Of a stretch of 45,965 nt of DNA, positions 45,359 to 45,965 are shown piece by piece. The stretch covers positions 124,001 through 169,965 of the forward strand of contig CAJNYD010000133.1 in the NCBI GenBank assembly GCA_905331295.1, written 5' to 3'. Each line of letters begins with the position of its first letter. The stretch's first letter is position 1. The position numbers were made by a program, and so were the translations under genes. The DNA comes from Rotaria socialis (taxonomy: Eukaryota). The notes beneath the pieces were generated by a model, which did not search any database, was not told the origin of the DNA, and saw only the letters and a list, made by a program, of their open reading frames with translations.

Positions 45359-45965
45359 TCATTGTTTTCCTCCTCTAGCTAAACGTCTTATTCGTTCATT
45401 GTGTCTCAATTTCGCTTTCACAAAGTTTGGATTGAACGTTTTGTTCACTTTTGTAAGCAATGCGAACAATCCAACGATGTGTACGGGTACCATAGCAACA
45501 AACATCAGAGTTGTAACGATTGCTACAGGTTGTTGACAGGCTGCTTCCTTGACGATAGGGGATAAACGAATATTAGCATGAAAAACTTTCATCATGAAAA
45601 TAGACTATACATACGAAATCTTGTGGTGTTATAACCGTCATATCAGTAACCAGCTGACTAGTAGTAATAACGGTAACACTGGTGGTGGCTAAAAGTAAAC
45701 ATAACCATAGTGAAAGAATGGAACAGAGACGGCATAGCGTCTTTCTTACTTGCTGTGCTGGTGGTAGTAGTGGTTGTCGTAGTAGTATTGGGAGGCCCCG
45801 TCGTACTTGTGATAGCAATACCAGTTGTCGTAAGCTATGATAACGAAACAGTGTTCTCATTTGAGATTTTCTAAAAATAAGCAGAATAGCTGCGATTTGC
45901 CACTTACCAATGTATTAACAGTTGTAAAGGATATAGTTCTTGTTGTCACTGTGTGTGTCGTAGGC
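45359..45965 (-). CDS. 3' exons of a tandem paralog of the 34659-37257 membrane protein (truncated by the window end)
   Basis: Same exon structure: Thr-rich stalk, ITPQDF|EAACQQPVAIVTTLMFVAMVPVHIVGLFALL TM, and a basic tail ending in TGA at 45359. Confidence 0.9.

Overview
AT-rich eukaryotic (metazoan) genomic DNA with short (~50-60 nt) GT-AG introns. The gene families present (ART-TPR proteins, NHL-repeat protein, F-box/LRR, intronless bacterial-type hydrolase) point to a bdelloid rotifer; this host call is inference. Contents, left to right: a possible first exon of an ammonium transporter; a GT31 galactosyltransferase with degenerate catalytic motifs; a secreted, intronless, bacterial-type DUF5060-DUF4038 (apiosidase-like)-F5/8C hydrolase (candidate HGT); an ADP-ribosyltransferase-TPR gene with intact R-STS-ExE; a tRNA-Leu(CAA) lacking its long variable arm; a tightly packed minus-strand cluster dymeclin -> Mff -> CstF-77 -> F-box/LRR with operon-like spacers; an NHL pseudogene carrying an in-frame MITE; a DUF1771-Smr nuclease with both myristoylation and CaaX motifs; a second, probably inactive ART-TPR; two tandem paralogs of a Sib-like membrane protein with a likely gene-conversion tract; decayed hAT and MULE transposases; and about ten non-autonomous DNA elements, six with exact target-site duplications. 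All product calls come from motif recognition by eye; no searches were run.
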